Below, one piece after another: positions 18,122 through 27,939 of a stretch of DNA of 46,985 nucleotides. A program made the translations under genes and the position numbers. The DNA is from a virus (Duplodnaviria > Caudoviricetes): positions 1 through 46,985 of IMG/VR virus record IMGVR_UViG_3300020042_010196. The stretch is one strand, 5' to 3'. Numbering within the stretch: position 1 is the stretch's first letter; the number at the start of each line of letters is the position of its first letter. The notes under the pieces are model-generated. The model did not search any database and had not been told where the DNA came from. It saw only the letters and a list, made by a program, of their open reading frames with translations.

Positions 18122-18948
18122 AAGTAGTAATACCAATGGCAGGTACAGGTAATAGGTTTGTAGAGGCAGGCTACAAAGATCCTAAGCCACTAGTTAAAGT
18201 AAATGGAAAAAGAATTATAGAATACATCTGTGAAATGTTCGACTTAGAACAAGACCAGCTAATATTTGTATGCAATGACTACCACATAGAACATACAGAT
18301 ATGAAAAACATTCTCCAGACAATAGCTCCAAAAGCTACAATTCTTACAGTAGAGCAGCATAAAAAAGGACCAGTACATACGTTAATTGGCATAGATAAGT
18401 ATATTAAAGACGATGAGGAAGTCATTATTAGTTACTGCGATAATCCATATCTTTGGGATTATAAACATTTCAAGACCTGGGTAAGGACTGAGCAAAGTGA
18501 TGGTTGTATTTTAAGTCACGTTGGGTTTCATCCACATAGGTTGAATAGTACTTATATGGCTTACATGAAGCAGAATAATTTACAAGTAAGTGAGATAAAA
18601 GAAAAAGAACCGTATACAGACACTCCTATGGAGGAACACGCATCCACAGGAACGTACTACTTCAAAAAAGGATCTTACATAAAAAAGTACTTTAAGGAAT
18701 TAATTAGTAGAGATATTAATCACAAGGGAGAGTTCTATGTAACACTTGTATACAATCTTATGGTAGAAGAAGGATTATCAGTACACTGCTATCCAACAGA
18801 ACATGTAACAGTATTCGGAACTCCAGAAGAAGTAGAAAATTTTGAAGCATGGCAAGTATTGCTAAAAGGTAGCCAGATTACTAATGAAGAAGATTTAATT
18901 AATGCATATAGATACTGGATAAGTTATAATGAAAAATCAAATACATAA
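18118..18948 (+). CDS. Sugar-phosphate nucleotidyltransferase (capsule-biosynthesis type)
   Basis: VIPMAGTGNRF...PKPL, ISYCD, EKEP, GTYYFKKG, GEFYV, FGTPEE. Confidence 0.88.
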   Translation: MKVVIPMAGTGNRFVEAGYKDPKPLVKVNGKRIIEYICEMFDLEQDQLIFVCNDYHIEHTDMKNILQTIAPKATILTVEQHKKGPVHTLIGIDKYIKDDEEVIISYCDNPYLWDYKHFKTWVRTEQSDGCILSHVGFHPHRLNSTYMAYMKQNNLQVSEIKEKEPYTDTPMEEHASTGTYYFKKGSYIKKYFKELISRDINHKGEFYVTLVYNLMVEEGLSVHCYPTEHVTVFGTPEEVENFEAWQVLLKGSQITNEEDLINAYRYWISYNEKSNT

Positions 18949-19279
18949 CAAAAACAATACAACACCTGTAGCATTTGTAGATATTGATGAAACCATTTGT
19001 TTTTATGAAAACGAAAGAATCTACGAACAAGCAACACCTTCCCCAGGTAACATAGAGAAAATTAACAAACTCTACCAAAGTGGGTGGAAAATTGTATACT
19101 GGACTGCAAGAGGAAGTGCTTATCCTGAAAATAAAGAAAGGTTAGAGTACTATAGAAATTTAACACTAACCCAACTGGTAGAATGGAATGCTAGCTTTCA
19201 TGAACTGCAAATAGGAGATAGTAAACCTTTATACGATATGATAGTAGATGATAAAGCAGTAAGAATTGAAGAGCTATGA
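18929..19279 (+). CDS. HAD-superfamily capsule-biosynthesis-type phosphatase
   Basis: DIDETI, YWTARG, KP, VDDKA. Confidence 0.85.
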   Translation: MKNQIHNKNNTTPVAFVDIDETICFYENERIYEQATPSPGNIEKINKLYQSGWKIVYWTARGSAYPENKERLEYYRNLTLTQLVEWNASFHELQIGDSKPLYDMIVDDKAVRIEEL

Positions 19280-19731
19280 AACTAATCGCACACAGAGGAA
19301 ACATTGCAGGAAGACTCCTGGAAAAAGAAAACACACCAGAGTACATCGATAGTGCAATAAATTTAGGGTACGAGGTTGAGGTAGATGTTAGGGAGAAGGA
19401 TGGTAGTCTATACTTAGGCCATGACACTCCGGACTATGAAGTATCATTGGAGTGGTTATTAGAGAGGAGGGATATGTTGTGGATTCATGTAAAAAATTTC
19501 AAAGCTCTAAATATGTTAATTAGCACAGAGTTGCGAATATTTTTTCACGAAAAAGAAAATCAAACTATAGTAAACAATTGCGGAATAATTTGGTCTCACG
19601 ATCTTGAAAATTATAGCAGTAAATCTATCATACCACTTCTCACTTTAGAAGAAAGTAGTAAAGCTTCTACCTGTAAACAAGCGTATGGTATTTGTTCCGA
19701 TTATGTGGAGATAATAAAAAGTTGCTTATGA
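19276..19731 (+). CDS. Glycerophosphodiester phosphodiesterase-like (short GDPD fold)
   Basis: LIAHRGN, ENT, VEVDV, LGHD, WIHVKN, GICSDY. Confidence 0.82.
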   Translation: MKLIAHRGNIAGRLLEKENTPEYIDSAINLGYEVEVDVREKDGSLYLGHDTPDYEVSLEWLLERRDMLWIHVKNFKALNMLISTELRIFFHEKENQTIVNNCGIIWSHDLENYSSKSIIPLLTLEESSKASTCKQAYGICSDYVEIIKSCL

Positions 19732-20537
19732 TTCCTTTTGACATAGTACTACAAGGACCTTTTTATCCATACACTTTAGAGGTAGCTAATTCCTATTCAA
19801 GTTTACCTTTTGTAAACTGCGTAATAATTTCATGCTGGGACTCCTGCAGTATCCCCGAATACAACAATCCTCGAGTTTTTGTAATAAAGAACAGAGACGT
19901 AGATTACCCAGGAAACTGGAACAGAAATAGGTTGATAAAATCTTCTCTGGCAGGGATAGATGTAGCACCTTCGGAGTTTGTAGTAAAGATGAGGACAGAC
20001 CAAATAGTATCACTATCTAGTATGTCTAAGATGTATGAGTACTATCTAGAGAAGAGAAGTATAACTAGTACATTATTGAGTAATTATCCTAATTTTAAAA
20101 TAGGAGTTATGGGAATTTGTTTGGACTTTCCATACCATCCTATAGATCACATTTTTTGGGGAAACAGACAAGACATATATACGTTGTTCGATATTCAATA
20201 TGATATGACATATCATGATGAAAGTAGTACAGACAAGGCATATGACGATTTATACATAAGATCAGAAGTATACATAGCATCACAGTACGTAGCGAAATAT
20301 AATACACTGGCTGAAAAACAATTACAAGAGTCGGAATTATACTTAAAAGGAAACTCACCAAACATAAGTGAGAGTTTGGAGAACAGTAAGTACATTATGG
20401 ATGAATTGTTTTTAACATTTCCTCCCATCCGAATGCAGTGGCCAAAGGCAGGGTTATACCAATACCACTACGACGTAATGTCTACAGAACGAGGAGGACA
20501 TACCTACTGGGATAGTACCCAGGATTTTAGAGAATAG
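19728..20537 (+). CDS. WavE-like polysaccharide synthesis protein
   Basis: IVLQGP, IISCW, N-x-N-x5-LAG, VKMRTDQ, YHPIDHIFWG; ATGA overlap start at 19728. Confidence 0.72.
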   Translation: MIPFDIVLQGPFYPYTLEVANSYSSLPFVNCVIISCWDSCSIPEYNNPRVFVIKNRDVDYPGNWNRNRLIKSSLAGIDVAPSEFVVKMRTDQIVSLSSMSKMYEYYLEKRSITSTLLSNYPNFKIGVMGICLDFPYHPIDHIFWGNRQDIYTLFDIQYDMTYHDESSTDKAYDDLYIRSEVYIASQYVAKYNTLAEKQLQESELYLKGNSPNISESLENSKYIMDELFLTFPPIRMQWPKAGLYQYHYDVMSTERGGHTYWDSTQDFRE

Positions 20538-20560
20538 TAATAAATAGAAATTAAATAAAT

Positions 20561-21190
20561 ATGTTAAACAATTACACAGTAACTCAAGATGGAGTTATTA
20601 AGCAGGAAAGTTCAAATCCTTATAACTACGATAAGGAGTACTCTGACAGTAGGTATTCTTTTTTTAGTGATAGAGGGAATATCCTCAATCTAAGATTAGG
20701 TTACGTGATAGGGAGTATAGGAAGTATCCCACAATCCTTAATGGATGTAGGGTATGGCAATGGAGATTTTTTAGAAGCCTGTGAAGGAGCTATTGGTACT
20801 CTGTACGGAAATGACATACAGCCCGCATATCCATTGAAGCAAGGAATAGAGTTTGTAGAGAATATCACAGAGCAATACGCAGATGTCATTACCTTCTTTG
20901 ATAGTCTAGAACATTTTCCGGACATTGAATTTGTTAAAGATTTAAAATGTAAGTATGTAGTAATCAGCCTACCATGGTGCTATAACGGAGAGGACGACAC
21001 TTGGTTTGCAGACTGGAAGCACAGAAAGCCAGATGAACATTTATACCACTTTACTGATAAGAGCTTAACTACTTTTATGGAAAGACAAGGGTTTGATTTA
21101 GTTAATTTCTGTAACCTCGAAGACAAAGTTAGAGTTGATAAAAATCTATCTCCAAATATATTAACCGCTTGTTACAAGAAAAGAATTTAA
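20561..21190 (+). CDS. Class I SAM-dependent methyltransferase
   Basis: MDVGYGNGDFL, DVITFFDSLEHF, PDEHLYHF. Confidence 0.85.
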   Translation: MLNNYTVTQDGVIKQESSNPYNYDKEYSDSRYSFFSDRGNILNLRLGYVIGSIGSIPQSLMDVGYGNGDFLEACEGAIGTLYGNDIQPAYPLKQGIEFVENITEQYADVITFFDSLEHFPDIEFVKDLKCKYVVISLPWCYNGEDDTWFADWKHRKPDEHLYHFTDKSLTTFMERQGFDLVNFCNLEDKVRVDKNLSPNILTACYKKRI

Positions 21191-22002
21191 TGAGAACGCA
21201 AAATTTCACAATTTGTGGTAAGTTGGGAGATTTCACACATATGATGTTTGGAGTGAAGTCTATATGCGAAAGGGATAGTGTAAAAGCGAACCTATACCTA
21301 TATCATGTAGATGGTGGTTTCGAGCTAGGAACAGACACAGCATACAGGGAATTATACCAAATAGTGATGGATCAGCCCTTTGTGAATTCTTTTCAGATGT
21401 TAACAGACTACAAAGTAGTACCTAACTCAAACGTAATAAGTGGTCCAATTGAGGTTTATAACCAGAAATTAGTAGAGGAAGGGTATATACATATGGAAGA
21501 TTTTATGAGATCCCCACTACTATACCAAACATGCTGGTCTGAGATATTTAGTAGATTGTTTAATTTTGAGATAAAAGCACCCTATAGGTGGTTGACTTTC
21601 GATAAAATTGATCCATATTTTTCTGACAAGGTGGTCATAAACAGAAGGTATAGTACTTCTAGAATTAACTCTCAATTTCCTTATGAGGATATTATCAATG
21701 CATATAAAGGAAATCTAGTTTTTATAGGAACAGAGAAGAAAGATTATGATATATTTCCATTCAAAGACAGTTGTGACTTCTACCAAATTACAGACGTAGA
21801 TAACTGGTTTACGGTAATTAACTCAGCAGCACTGTACGTGGGTAATTTATCTGGACCATCTTCAATTGCATCAGCACTTGACAAGCCTCGTATAATAGAA
21901 CTACCCCACACAGGAGATGCATATCACTGGATAGGAGAAGAAAAGTATTCAGGTAATATAGGGTGGTATGTTACTCCTGGATTGTATTATATAAATTTTT
22001 AA
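21190..22002 (+). CDS. GT9/heptosyltransferase-like glycosyltransferase
   Basis: GKLGDF near N-terminus; INSAALYVGNLSGPSSIASALDKP. Confidence 0.7.
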   Translation: MRTQNFTICGKLGDFTHMMFGVKSICERDSVKANLYLYHVDGGFELGTDTAYRELYQIVMDQPFVNSFQMLTDYKVVPNSNVISGPIEVYNQKLVEEGYIHMEDFMRSPLLYQTCWSEIFSRLFNFEIKAPYRWLTFDKIDPYFSDKVVINRRYSTSRINSQFPYEDIINAYKGNLVFIGTEKKDYDIFPFKDSCDFYQITDVDNWFTVINSAALYVGNLSGPSSIASALDKPRIIELPHTGDAYHWIGEEKYSGNIGWYVTPGLYYINF

Positions 22003-22024
22003 AACAAGGTATTATTAAAATTTT

Positions 22025-22834
22025 ATGAAGAACTTACTAATAGGAGCTATAAGTGGAAACTACTCCATTGATGATATTAAAAACTGGGTAGTGTCTGCAA
22101 AGAAGGTACTAACAGATAAAGATCAGATATATATACTGGCATATAACTACGAAAGCGGTGACCCTGTTATAGAGTACTTGATCGGTAATAACATAGAGGT
22201 ACTAATGCCAGACATTGATATGTGGGGGCATTCTATTGAGAAGTTTGAAACAAATACTGGATTGATGAATAGTCAGAACAGTTACAAACTAATACACAAT
22301 GTAAGGTTTTTACATATATGGTGGCTATTGAGTAGTATTGAATATAACCAAATACTTATCACAGATGTAAAAGATGTTATAATAAACAAGAGACCTTTCA
22401 AAGATGAAGATATGGAAGACTGCATTGTAGCATCGAGTGAGGTAATCAAGTACGGAGAACATCAGTGGAACAAAGAACACATCTTACAAACTTTTGGATT
22501 AGCAGGAGTACAGTTGTTAGAGGAAGAAGTAAATAATGTAGGAGTGCTATTTGGTAAAGGTTCCGTAGTAAAAGAATTGTGCTTAGACATATATCTCAAT
22601 GCAATTAATAAAACTAAAGTAGCAGACCAGACAGCTTTCAATTATTTAATTAGAAATAGCTACAAAGACAAAACAATATTCACAGGTTTAGCAGATAAGT
22701 GGGCAGTACACCTTCATGTTGTTAACGAAGGGTTAGTACCTTTTGATCTACACCAGCTACAACATTACACAATTATTCACCAATACGATAGATTAGGAAA
22801 TGAAATATTCGATTATTATACCATACCGCAATAG
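22025..22834 (+). CDS. GT-A fold glycosyltransferase-like protein
   Basis: ITDVKDV, NNVGVLFG, DQTAFNYL, IIHQYDR. Confidence 0.7.
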   Translation: MKNLLIGAISGNYSIDDIKNWVVSAKKVLTDKDQIYILAYNYESGDPVIEYLIGNNIEVLMPDIDMWGHSIEKFETNTGLMNSQNSYKLIHNVRFLHIWWLLSSIEYNQILITDVKDVIINKRPFKDEDMEDCIVASSEVIKYGEHQWNKEHILQTFGLAGVQLLEEEVNNVGVLFGKGSVVKELCLDIYLNAINKTKVADQTAFNYLIRNSYKDKTIFTGLADKWAVHLHVVNEGLVPFDLHQLQHYTIIHQYDRLGNEIFDYYTIPQ

Positions 22835-23531
22835 AGAAGAGCATCTACAGATAATGCTTCCAAGATTGCAGGAATTCTTTAAAGACGAGTCCTATGAAAT
22901 CATAGTTTCAGAACAAAACGACACCGACAACTTTAGAATAGCTTGTGTTGAAAACATAGGATTTCAGTATGCAAAAGGAGATATAATAGTACTACAACAA
23001 GTAGACTACTATCCAACAGAGGATGCAATTTACGACGTAGTAGATTGTCCAATCCTCCCAGCTAGGAAAGGAATCTTTTTGGGTAAGGATAACCAATCTC
23101 CTAGAGAATTTCTAGACATACCAGGAGGATACAGAAAGTGGTCAGAAGAAATAGACCCAGCATTCTATGGAGGAGTTATTTCAATGAAGAGAGAACATTT
23201 TGAAGCTATTAATGGACTAAATCCACTATACAAAGGATGGGGCAATGAGGATGAAGATTTAAGAGAAAGATTTGTTTGGGCAGGTATTCCTGTTAAGAGA
23301 AATGAAGTAGGAACTTTTCTATGCCTCTACCACGAAGACAACGGTGATATGAGCAAGAAAGAAGCAGATCACCAGAAGGACTTCTTTGAGGGAAAGCAGT
23401 ACTATATGACACAAGCATATAATGACAGAAACATAGGATACAAAAATCTAACAGCTGATGTTGAGGAACTTCTTACAGGTGATGAGAATATTAGATGGAT
23501 TAAAAGTACAAATTATAAAATAAGTAGATAA
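22800..23531 (+). CDS. Glycosyltransferase family 7 (beta-1,4-galactosyltransferase-like)
   Basis: IIIPYRNREEHL, FYGGV, INGLNPLYKGWGNEDEDL. Confidence 0.88.
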   Translation: MKYSIIIPYRNREEHLQIMLPRLQEFFKDESYEIIVSEQNDTDNFRIACVENIGFQYAKGDIIVLQQVDYYPTEDAIYDVVDCPILPARKGIFLGKDNQSPREFLDIPGGYRKWSEEIDPAFYGGVISMKREHFEAINGLNPLYKGWGNEDEDLRERFVWAGIPVKRNEVGTFLCLYHEDNGDMSKKEADHQKDFFEGKQYYMTQAYNDRNIGYKNLTADVEELLTGDENIRWIKSTNYKISR

Positions 23532-24179
23532 ATGAAAAATCAAGAAATTATAGAGAAGGCAACAAGCCTTGGATTTGGTTATGACCACCATCAACATGAT
23601 TTGTTAATGAGCACAGCTAGGGATATTAAAGGGGTGCCTGGTATTGTATGTGAGATTGGATTACGCGAAGGAGGTGGTATGGCAGGTATGATGCTTGTGT
23701 GTATTGACAATGAAGACACTAACAGACTGTTTCTAGCCATAGATCCTTACGGTAACATCACACACAAGCTATCAGAACATGATCATAGGAAGTTAGACTA
23801 CAACAACGATATGAAATGCAGAGCATTGAAATCTTTTGGATCCTTCTGTTTAGACTATAAGATTAACTTTGTCCACATGTGTTTGGATGATTTAGAATTT
23901 TTTAAGAGATTCGAAGACGGAGTACCTACATACTCAGAGGATAAGTATATAGAAGAAAACTACGCGTTAGTACATCTAGATGGACCACATGCTGTAAAAG
24001 AGTTAATTGACGAGATTAACTTCTTCAGAAGCAGAGTTAGTGTTGGTGGATACATTGTGTTAGACGATGTCCAGGGGCACTATGACCTGACTCCTGCCGA
24101 GCAATCTCTACTGCAGAATGGACAGTATAGTCTAGTTAAAAACGATGGTAAAAAAGCTTCCTACAAAAGAGTAATTTAA
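23532..24179 (+). CDS. SAM-dependent O-methyltransferase (Methyltransf_24/TylF-like)
   Basis: CEIGLREGG, AIDPY, LVHLDGPH, VGGYIVLDD. Confidence 0.8.
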   Translation: MKNQEIIEKATSLGFGYDHHQHDLLMSTARDIKGVPGIVCEIGLREGGGMAGMMLVCIDNEDTNRLFLAIDPYGNITHKLSEHDHRKLDYNNDMKCRALKSFGSFCLDYKINFVHMCLDDLEFFKRFEDGVPTYSEDKYIEENYALVHLDGPHAVKELIDEINFFRSRVSVGGYIVLDDVQGHYDLTPAEQSLLQNGQYSLVKNDGKKASYKRVI

Positions 24180-24189
24180 AAAAAACAAC

Positions 24190-24573
24190 ATGCAAATAGA
24201 GACATCAGTAGGTGAGATAGTGGATAAATTATCAATACTACATATAAAAAAAGAAAAGATATCTGACGAAGCAAAGCTTGGCAATATAACAAAAGAGTAT
24301 GAGTACTTACACCAGGTAGTATTTACACAGCTAGCAATACAGGAGGAGGACTATGATAAGTTACTTGCAGTTAACAAGGTTTTGTGGAATATAGAAGATG
24401 ATATTCGAGTAAAAGAGTATCAAAAGGAATTTGATGAGCAGTTTATTGCTTTGGCTAGAGACATATACACTACCAACGACAAGAGGGCTGAAATTAAAAA
24501 GAGTATAAATAATAAATACAACTCAACCTTTGTTGAGGAAAAAAGTTATGTAGATTATGGAAATACACACTAA
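24190..24573 (+). CDS. DUF6165-like protein
   Basis: SVGEIVDKLSIL, VNKVLWNIEDDIR, NDKRAEIKKSIN, VEEKSY. Confidence 0.8.
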   Translation: MQIETSVGEIVDKLSILHIKKEKISDEAKLGNITKEYEYLHQVVFTQLAIQEEDYDKLLAVNKVLWNIEDDIRVKEYQKEFDEQFIALARDIYTTNDKRAEIKKSINNKYNSTFVEEKSYVDYGNTH

Positions 24574-25456
24574 CAGTAAATGCTTGGTTATAACTTGCGG
24601 ATTCTTTGGAGACATAGTTTTTGCTAGCTCCTTAGCAGACAAACTCCAATACAGTGAAGTGGAATATTTGATAGGATTTCCTCAAATGCAAAAACTTTTA
24701 CAGAATAATCCTAACATAAGTAAAGTACACGTTTCACAAATACCAGGACCATTTCCAGTACACTATGGTATAGACCTTACCCAATATGAACGTGTTATTA
24801 CGCTAAAGCCACTAAACTACAACACAACACCATGTGAAGAGTACCAGCAGTTCGCAGGAATAGGTAACGCTACTTCAGACTATAAAGTGTACACTGAGTC
24901 TGAATTTGATAGGGTAGCCTACGATTTGTGCAGGGATTTTAGAGAAACTACCAATAAACCTGTCGTGGCAGTTTTAAGTAATTGGGAGGAAAAAACCTAT
25001 AAGTTTACAGAAGAACAGTATCGAGAAGGTATTGATGTTCCCAATCTGGGATATGGTGGAGCTCATAGAGATATTAACTACATTATAGAAAAATTAGAAC
25101 CATACATAACAATGATCCCAGTAGGAGTGGGAGAGCTTAATCAGCAACAAACATTAAACATCCCAGATGAGGATACGAAGTCCCTACTTTTTGAAGCTTC
25201 TTTAATGAAGTATTGTGATGCTTTTATAGGAACAGACGGAGGCTTAGCAACTATAGCAGCAGGAGTGGGCACAAAAACCATCATCACAGGTGATTTCAAT
25301 TTACAACTATACGGATGGAATGGGGTACTAAAAAAACTTGAAAATCCAAAATTAGGTCCTTACGAGTATTTTGGGAATCCTCATGAAGTAGTTAATCCAT
25401 ATGCAACAGATCAGGAAGTTGCTGAACATATAATAAAAAGTCTTACTACAACATGA
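24557..25456 (+). CDS. GT9/heptosyltransferase-like glycosyltransferase
   Basis: GFFGDIV, LLQNNPNI, CDAFIGTDGGLATIAAGVGTKT. Confidence 0.78.
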   Translation: MEIHTNSKCLVITCGFFGDIVFASSLADKLQYSEVEYLIGFPQMQKLLQNNPNISKVHVSQIPGPFPVHYGIDLTQYERVITLKPLNYNTTPCEEYQQFAGIGNATSDYKVYTESEFDRVAYDLCRDFRETTNKPVVAVLSNWEEKTYKFTEEQYREGIDVPNLGYGGAHRDINYIIEKLEPYITMIPVGVGELNQQQTLNIPDEDTKSLLFEASLMKYCDAFIGTDGGLATIAAGVGTKTIITGDFNLQLYGWNGVLKKLENPKLGPYEYFGNPHEVVNPYATDQEVAEHIIKSLTTT

Positions 25457-26151
25457 GAATATTATACAGAATATCAGACGCAGGTTACAGCAAAGTAAAA
25501 CCTACCTACATAGACAATGAAATGTGTTTAAAGAACTTTTGCAATGTATTTTTTGATCACATCCATGACATTCGAATCATAGCAGACAATTGTAGTGAAG
25601 ATACTTTAAACATGATTGCAAAGTATATCGATCCAGTAAACACAGAGAAAGTATCTGTAGGACATGGAGCAGGAACTTTTAACCTAGCATTGGACAAAGC
25701 ACTAACTTACGCAGATGATGAGATTGTATACTTTGTAGAAAATGATTACTTGCACAAACAACAATCTCCAAAAGTTATTAAAGAGGGTTTAAAGTTGGGA
25801 GCTTCTTTTGTATCTTTGTATGATCATCCTGATAAGTACTTGGATCCTTCTAGAGGAGGAAATCCTTTTTGTGAAGGAGGAGCAGAAGATACTAGAGTGT
25901 ACTTAACAGAATCTACTCATTGGAAGATGACAAACTCAACTACAATGACATTTGCATCCACAGTAGAAACTTTAAAAAGAGTTGAACCTATCTTAAGAAA
26001 ATGGACTAACCAAGGACACTATCCAGATGATTTTAAAATGTTTCTAGAACTAAGAGAGCAGTTAGAACTCTTAGTTACGCCACTACCAGGATATGCAACA
26101 CATGGAGAGTCAGCTTGGCTATCACCACTAACAGATTGGAGTAACATATGA
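25453..26151 (+). CDS. GT-A fold (GT2-like) glycosyltransferase
   Basis: IIADNCS, VYFVENDYLH, SLYDHPDKY, STTMTFA, PGYATH. Confidence 0.78.
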   Translation: MRILYRISDAGYSKVKPTYIDNEMCLKNFCNVFFDHIHDIRIIADNCSEDTLNMIAKYIDPVNTEKVSVGHGAGTFNLALDKALTYADDEIVYFVENDYLHKQQSPKVIKEGLKLGASFVSLYDHPDKYLDPSRGGNPFCEGGAEDTRVYLTESTHWKMTNSTTMTFASTVETLKRVEPILRKWTNQGHYPDDFKMFLELREQLELLVTPLPGYATHGESAWLSPLTDWSNI

Positions 26152-26918
26152 TATCAGTAATTATACCTACATACAAATCACCTCAAGCATTAGATCTTTG
26201 CTTAAGATCAGCTGTCGAAGGTCAAGTAAATACAAATCAAATTATTGTAGTGGTAGATGGTTTCTATGATCTAAACAAAGAAGTGTTGGAGAAGTGGAAA
26301 GATTCTATCGAAGTATTAGATCTGCAGGAGAATGTAGGACTGTGCAGAGGAACAAATCTAGGAGTATACAATGCTACATCAAATAAAATACTAATTGTAA
26401 ATGACGACAATGTATTCCCATCAGGATGGGATGAGACATTAGAACTAGAGTGGCAGGAAGGATTGGTAATAACACCAAACCAAATTGAACCATTCCCCAG
26501 TATGTTCCCACAAATGCACATTAAAGATTTAGGAAGAGATCCCAATACATTTGATTTAGAAAACTATTGGCGATATGATAAAACAAACGCATCTACTGAT
26601 AAAAGGGATGAGTGTGGATCGACACTACCTTTATTCATGTCTAAGTTAGATTATTTGAGAGTTGGAGGTTGGGATGAAAATTATGATCTTGGTGTAGTAG
26701 CTGATTGGGACTTCCTACTCAAATGCCAACTATCAGGATTAAAGATGGTACGAACATATAACCTACACTTCTACCACTTTGTATCACTATCGACAAATGA
26801 CACAGAAGAAAAGAGAGTTAATAGACAGCAAGCAGAAGTTGCTGGGCATGAGTATGCAAGGTATAAATGGGGAGACTACATTAAGCACAATCCACATAAT
26901 AACTTAAAGTACATTTAA
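26148..26918 (+). CDS. Glycosyltransferase family 2
   Basis: ISVIIPTY, VVVDG, IVNDDN, VGGWDE, ADWDF, FYHF. Confidence 0.9.
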   Translation: MISVIIPTYKSPQALDLCLRSAVEGQVNTNQIIVVVDGFYDLNKEVLEKWKDSIEVLDLQENVGLCRGTNLGVYNATSNKILIVNDDNVFPSGWDETLELEWQEGLVITPNQIEPFPSMFPQMHIKDLGRDPNTFDLENYWRYDKTNASTDKRDECGSTLPLFMSKLDYLRVGGWDENYDLGVVADWDFLLKCQLSGLKMVRTYNLHFYHFVSLSTNDTEEKRVNRQQAEVAGHEYARYKWGDYIKHNPHNNLKYI

Positions 26919-26939
26919 ACTATTTATAATAAAAACAAT

Positions 26940-27311
26940 ATGCAAACAAAAGGTAGAGTAACAAAAGTACTCCTAAACGAAATCAAACAAATGCTGTCAG
27001 AAGTAACAGCAGTTAACTTTGCAGGACAGAAGTTTATGCTAAAAGTAGATGTGAACGAAGATCCAAATAAGAAAGGAATCAAAGTTCAGTTCCTACCTAC
27101 CCAATACAAAGGAATGTCTAAACAACAACAAGACGAACTTGCAATGGAGCTAGAGAGCAAATTAGATCAAGGACTACAGTCAATGGGAATGAAAGTTGAA
27201 AGAGACAGACAACTTAAAGACAAAACCATTATTGGATTCTTTATCTATATTGAGTACCTAGATAAAATTATTAGACAAGCACTATCACAATCAGATCAAC
27301 CAGAAAATTAA
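26940..27311 (+). CDS. Hypothetical protein, possible virion protein
   Basis: TATTTATA at 26921; N-terminal LLNE/MLSE propeptide-like motif. Confidence 0.75.
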   Translation: MQTKGRVTKVLLNEIKQMLSEVTAVNFAGQKFMLKVDVNEDPNKKGIKVQFLPTQYKGMSKQQQDELAMELESKLDQGLQSMGMKVERDRQLKDKTIIGFFIYIEYLDKIIRQALSQSDQPEN

Positions 27312-27317
27312 TTACAT

Positions 27318-27521
27318 ATGAAGTTTTGTTTTTACAGTAAGCAGGATCCTAAACAGGAAGCAATTGGTGCATGCGAAGCACTATCAATACAAGAAGCAAT
27401 CAAGTTCTTTTCTTTAACAAAAATGTTACCAATGGATCAATTCCAAATATTGTTTGGAGTAAAACAATTTACGTATGAAGAAAGCAATCAGGGAAATAAT
27501 AAACAGCTCCTTACAGACTAA
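27318..27521 (+). CDS. Hypothetical protein
   Basis: 67 aa ORF in operon spacing. Confidence 0.65.
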   Translation: MKFCFYSKQDPKQEAIGACEALSIQEAIKFFSLTKMLPMDQFQILFGVKQFTYEESNQGNNKQLLTD

Positions 27522-27897
27522 AGTAAGGTTAGTAGAAAAGGACATAGCAACAGACATTATGGAAAAGAAACTATTCATAGATTCCATACTGCTCCTAAAA
27601 GAAATAGATGATAGGAGAGACTTTATGGAGTCTGAGTTAGGATTGGATATGTCTGTGTACGAAGAAAAGTTTTTACAAGTAGTAGAGAACCTATTAAGAA
27701 TCCACTACAGCAAAGAACAACTAGCACTGATCCAGTTCTACTTATATCAAGTACCACTAATAGATGGTTATGATGGTAAGATCGATCTTGCAGATGGTAA
27801 GGAAGTTATCACTGTTGAGTTTGAAACACCTGAGGATGTTTATAAAATTATAAATTCTATAAAAAAACCTGAGGTAAAGTTTGGTAGAAACAAATAA
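27475..27897 (+). CDS. Hypothetical protein
   Basis: 140 aa ORF with phage-typical codon usage. Confidence 0.75.
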   Translation: MKKAIREIINSSLQTKVRLVEKDIATDIMEKKLFIDSILLLKEIDDRRDFMESELGLDMSVYEEKFLQVVENLLRIHYSKEQLALIQFYLYQVPLIDGYDGKIDLADGKEVITVEFETPEDVYKIINSIKKPEVKFGRNK

Positions 27898-27939
27898 AGT
27901 TCCTATCTTTACCAATATAAATAATAAATCAAATAAGTT

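Noticed and set aside
9735-26918. Bacterial O-antigen or capsule locus (host contamination)
   Set aside because: Contiguous with phage genes, contains a phage-type promoter at 12914, and lacks export or polymerase genes.
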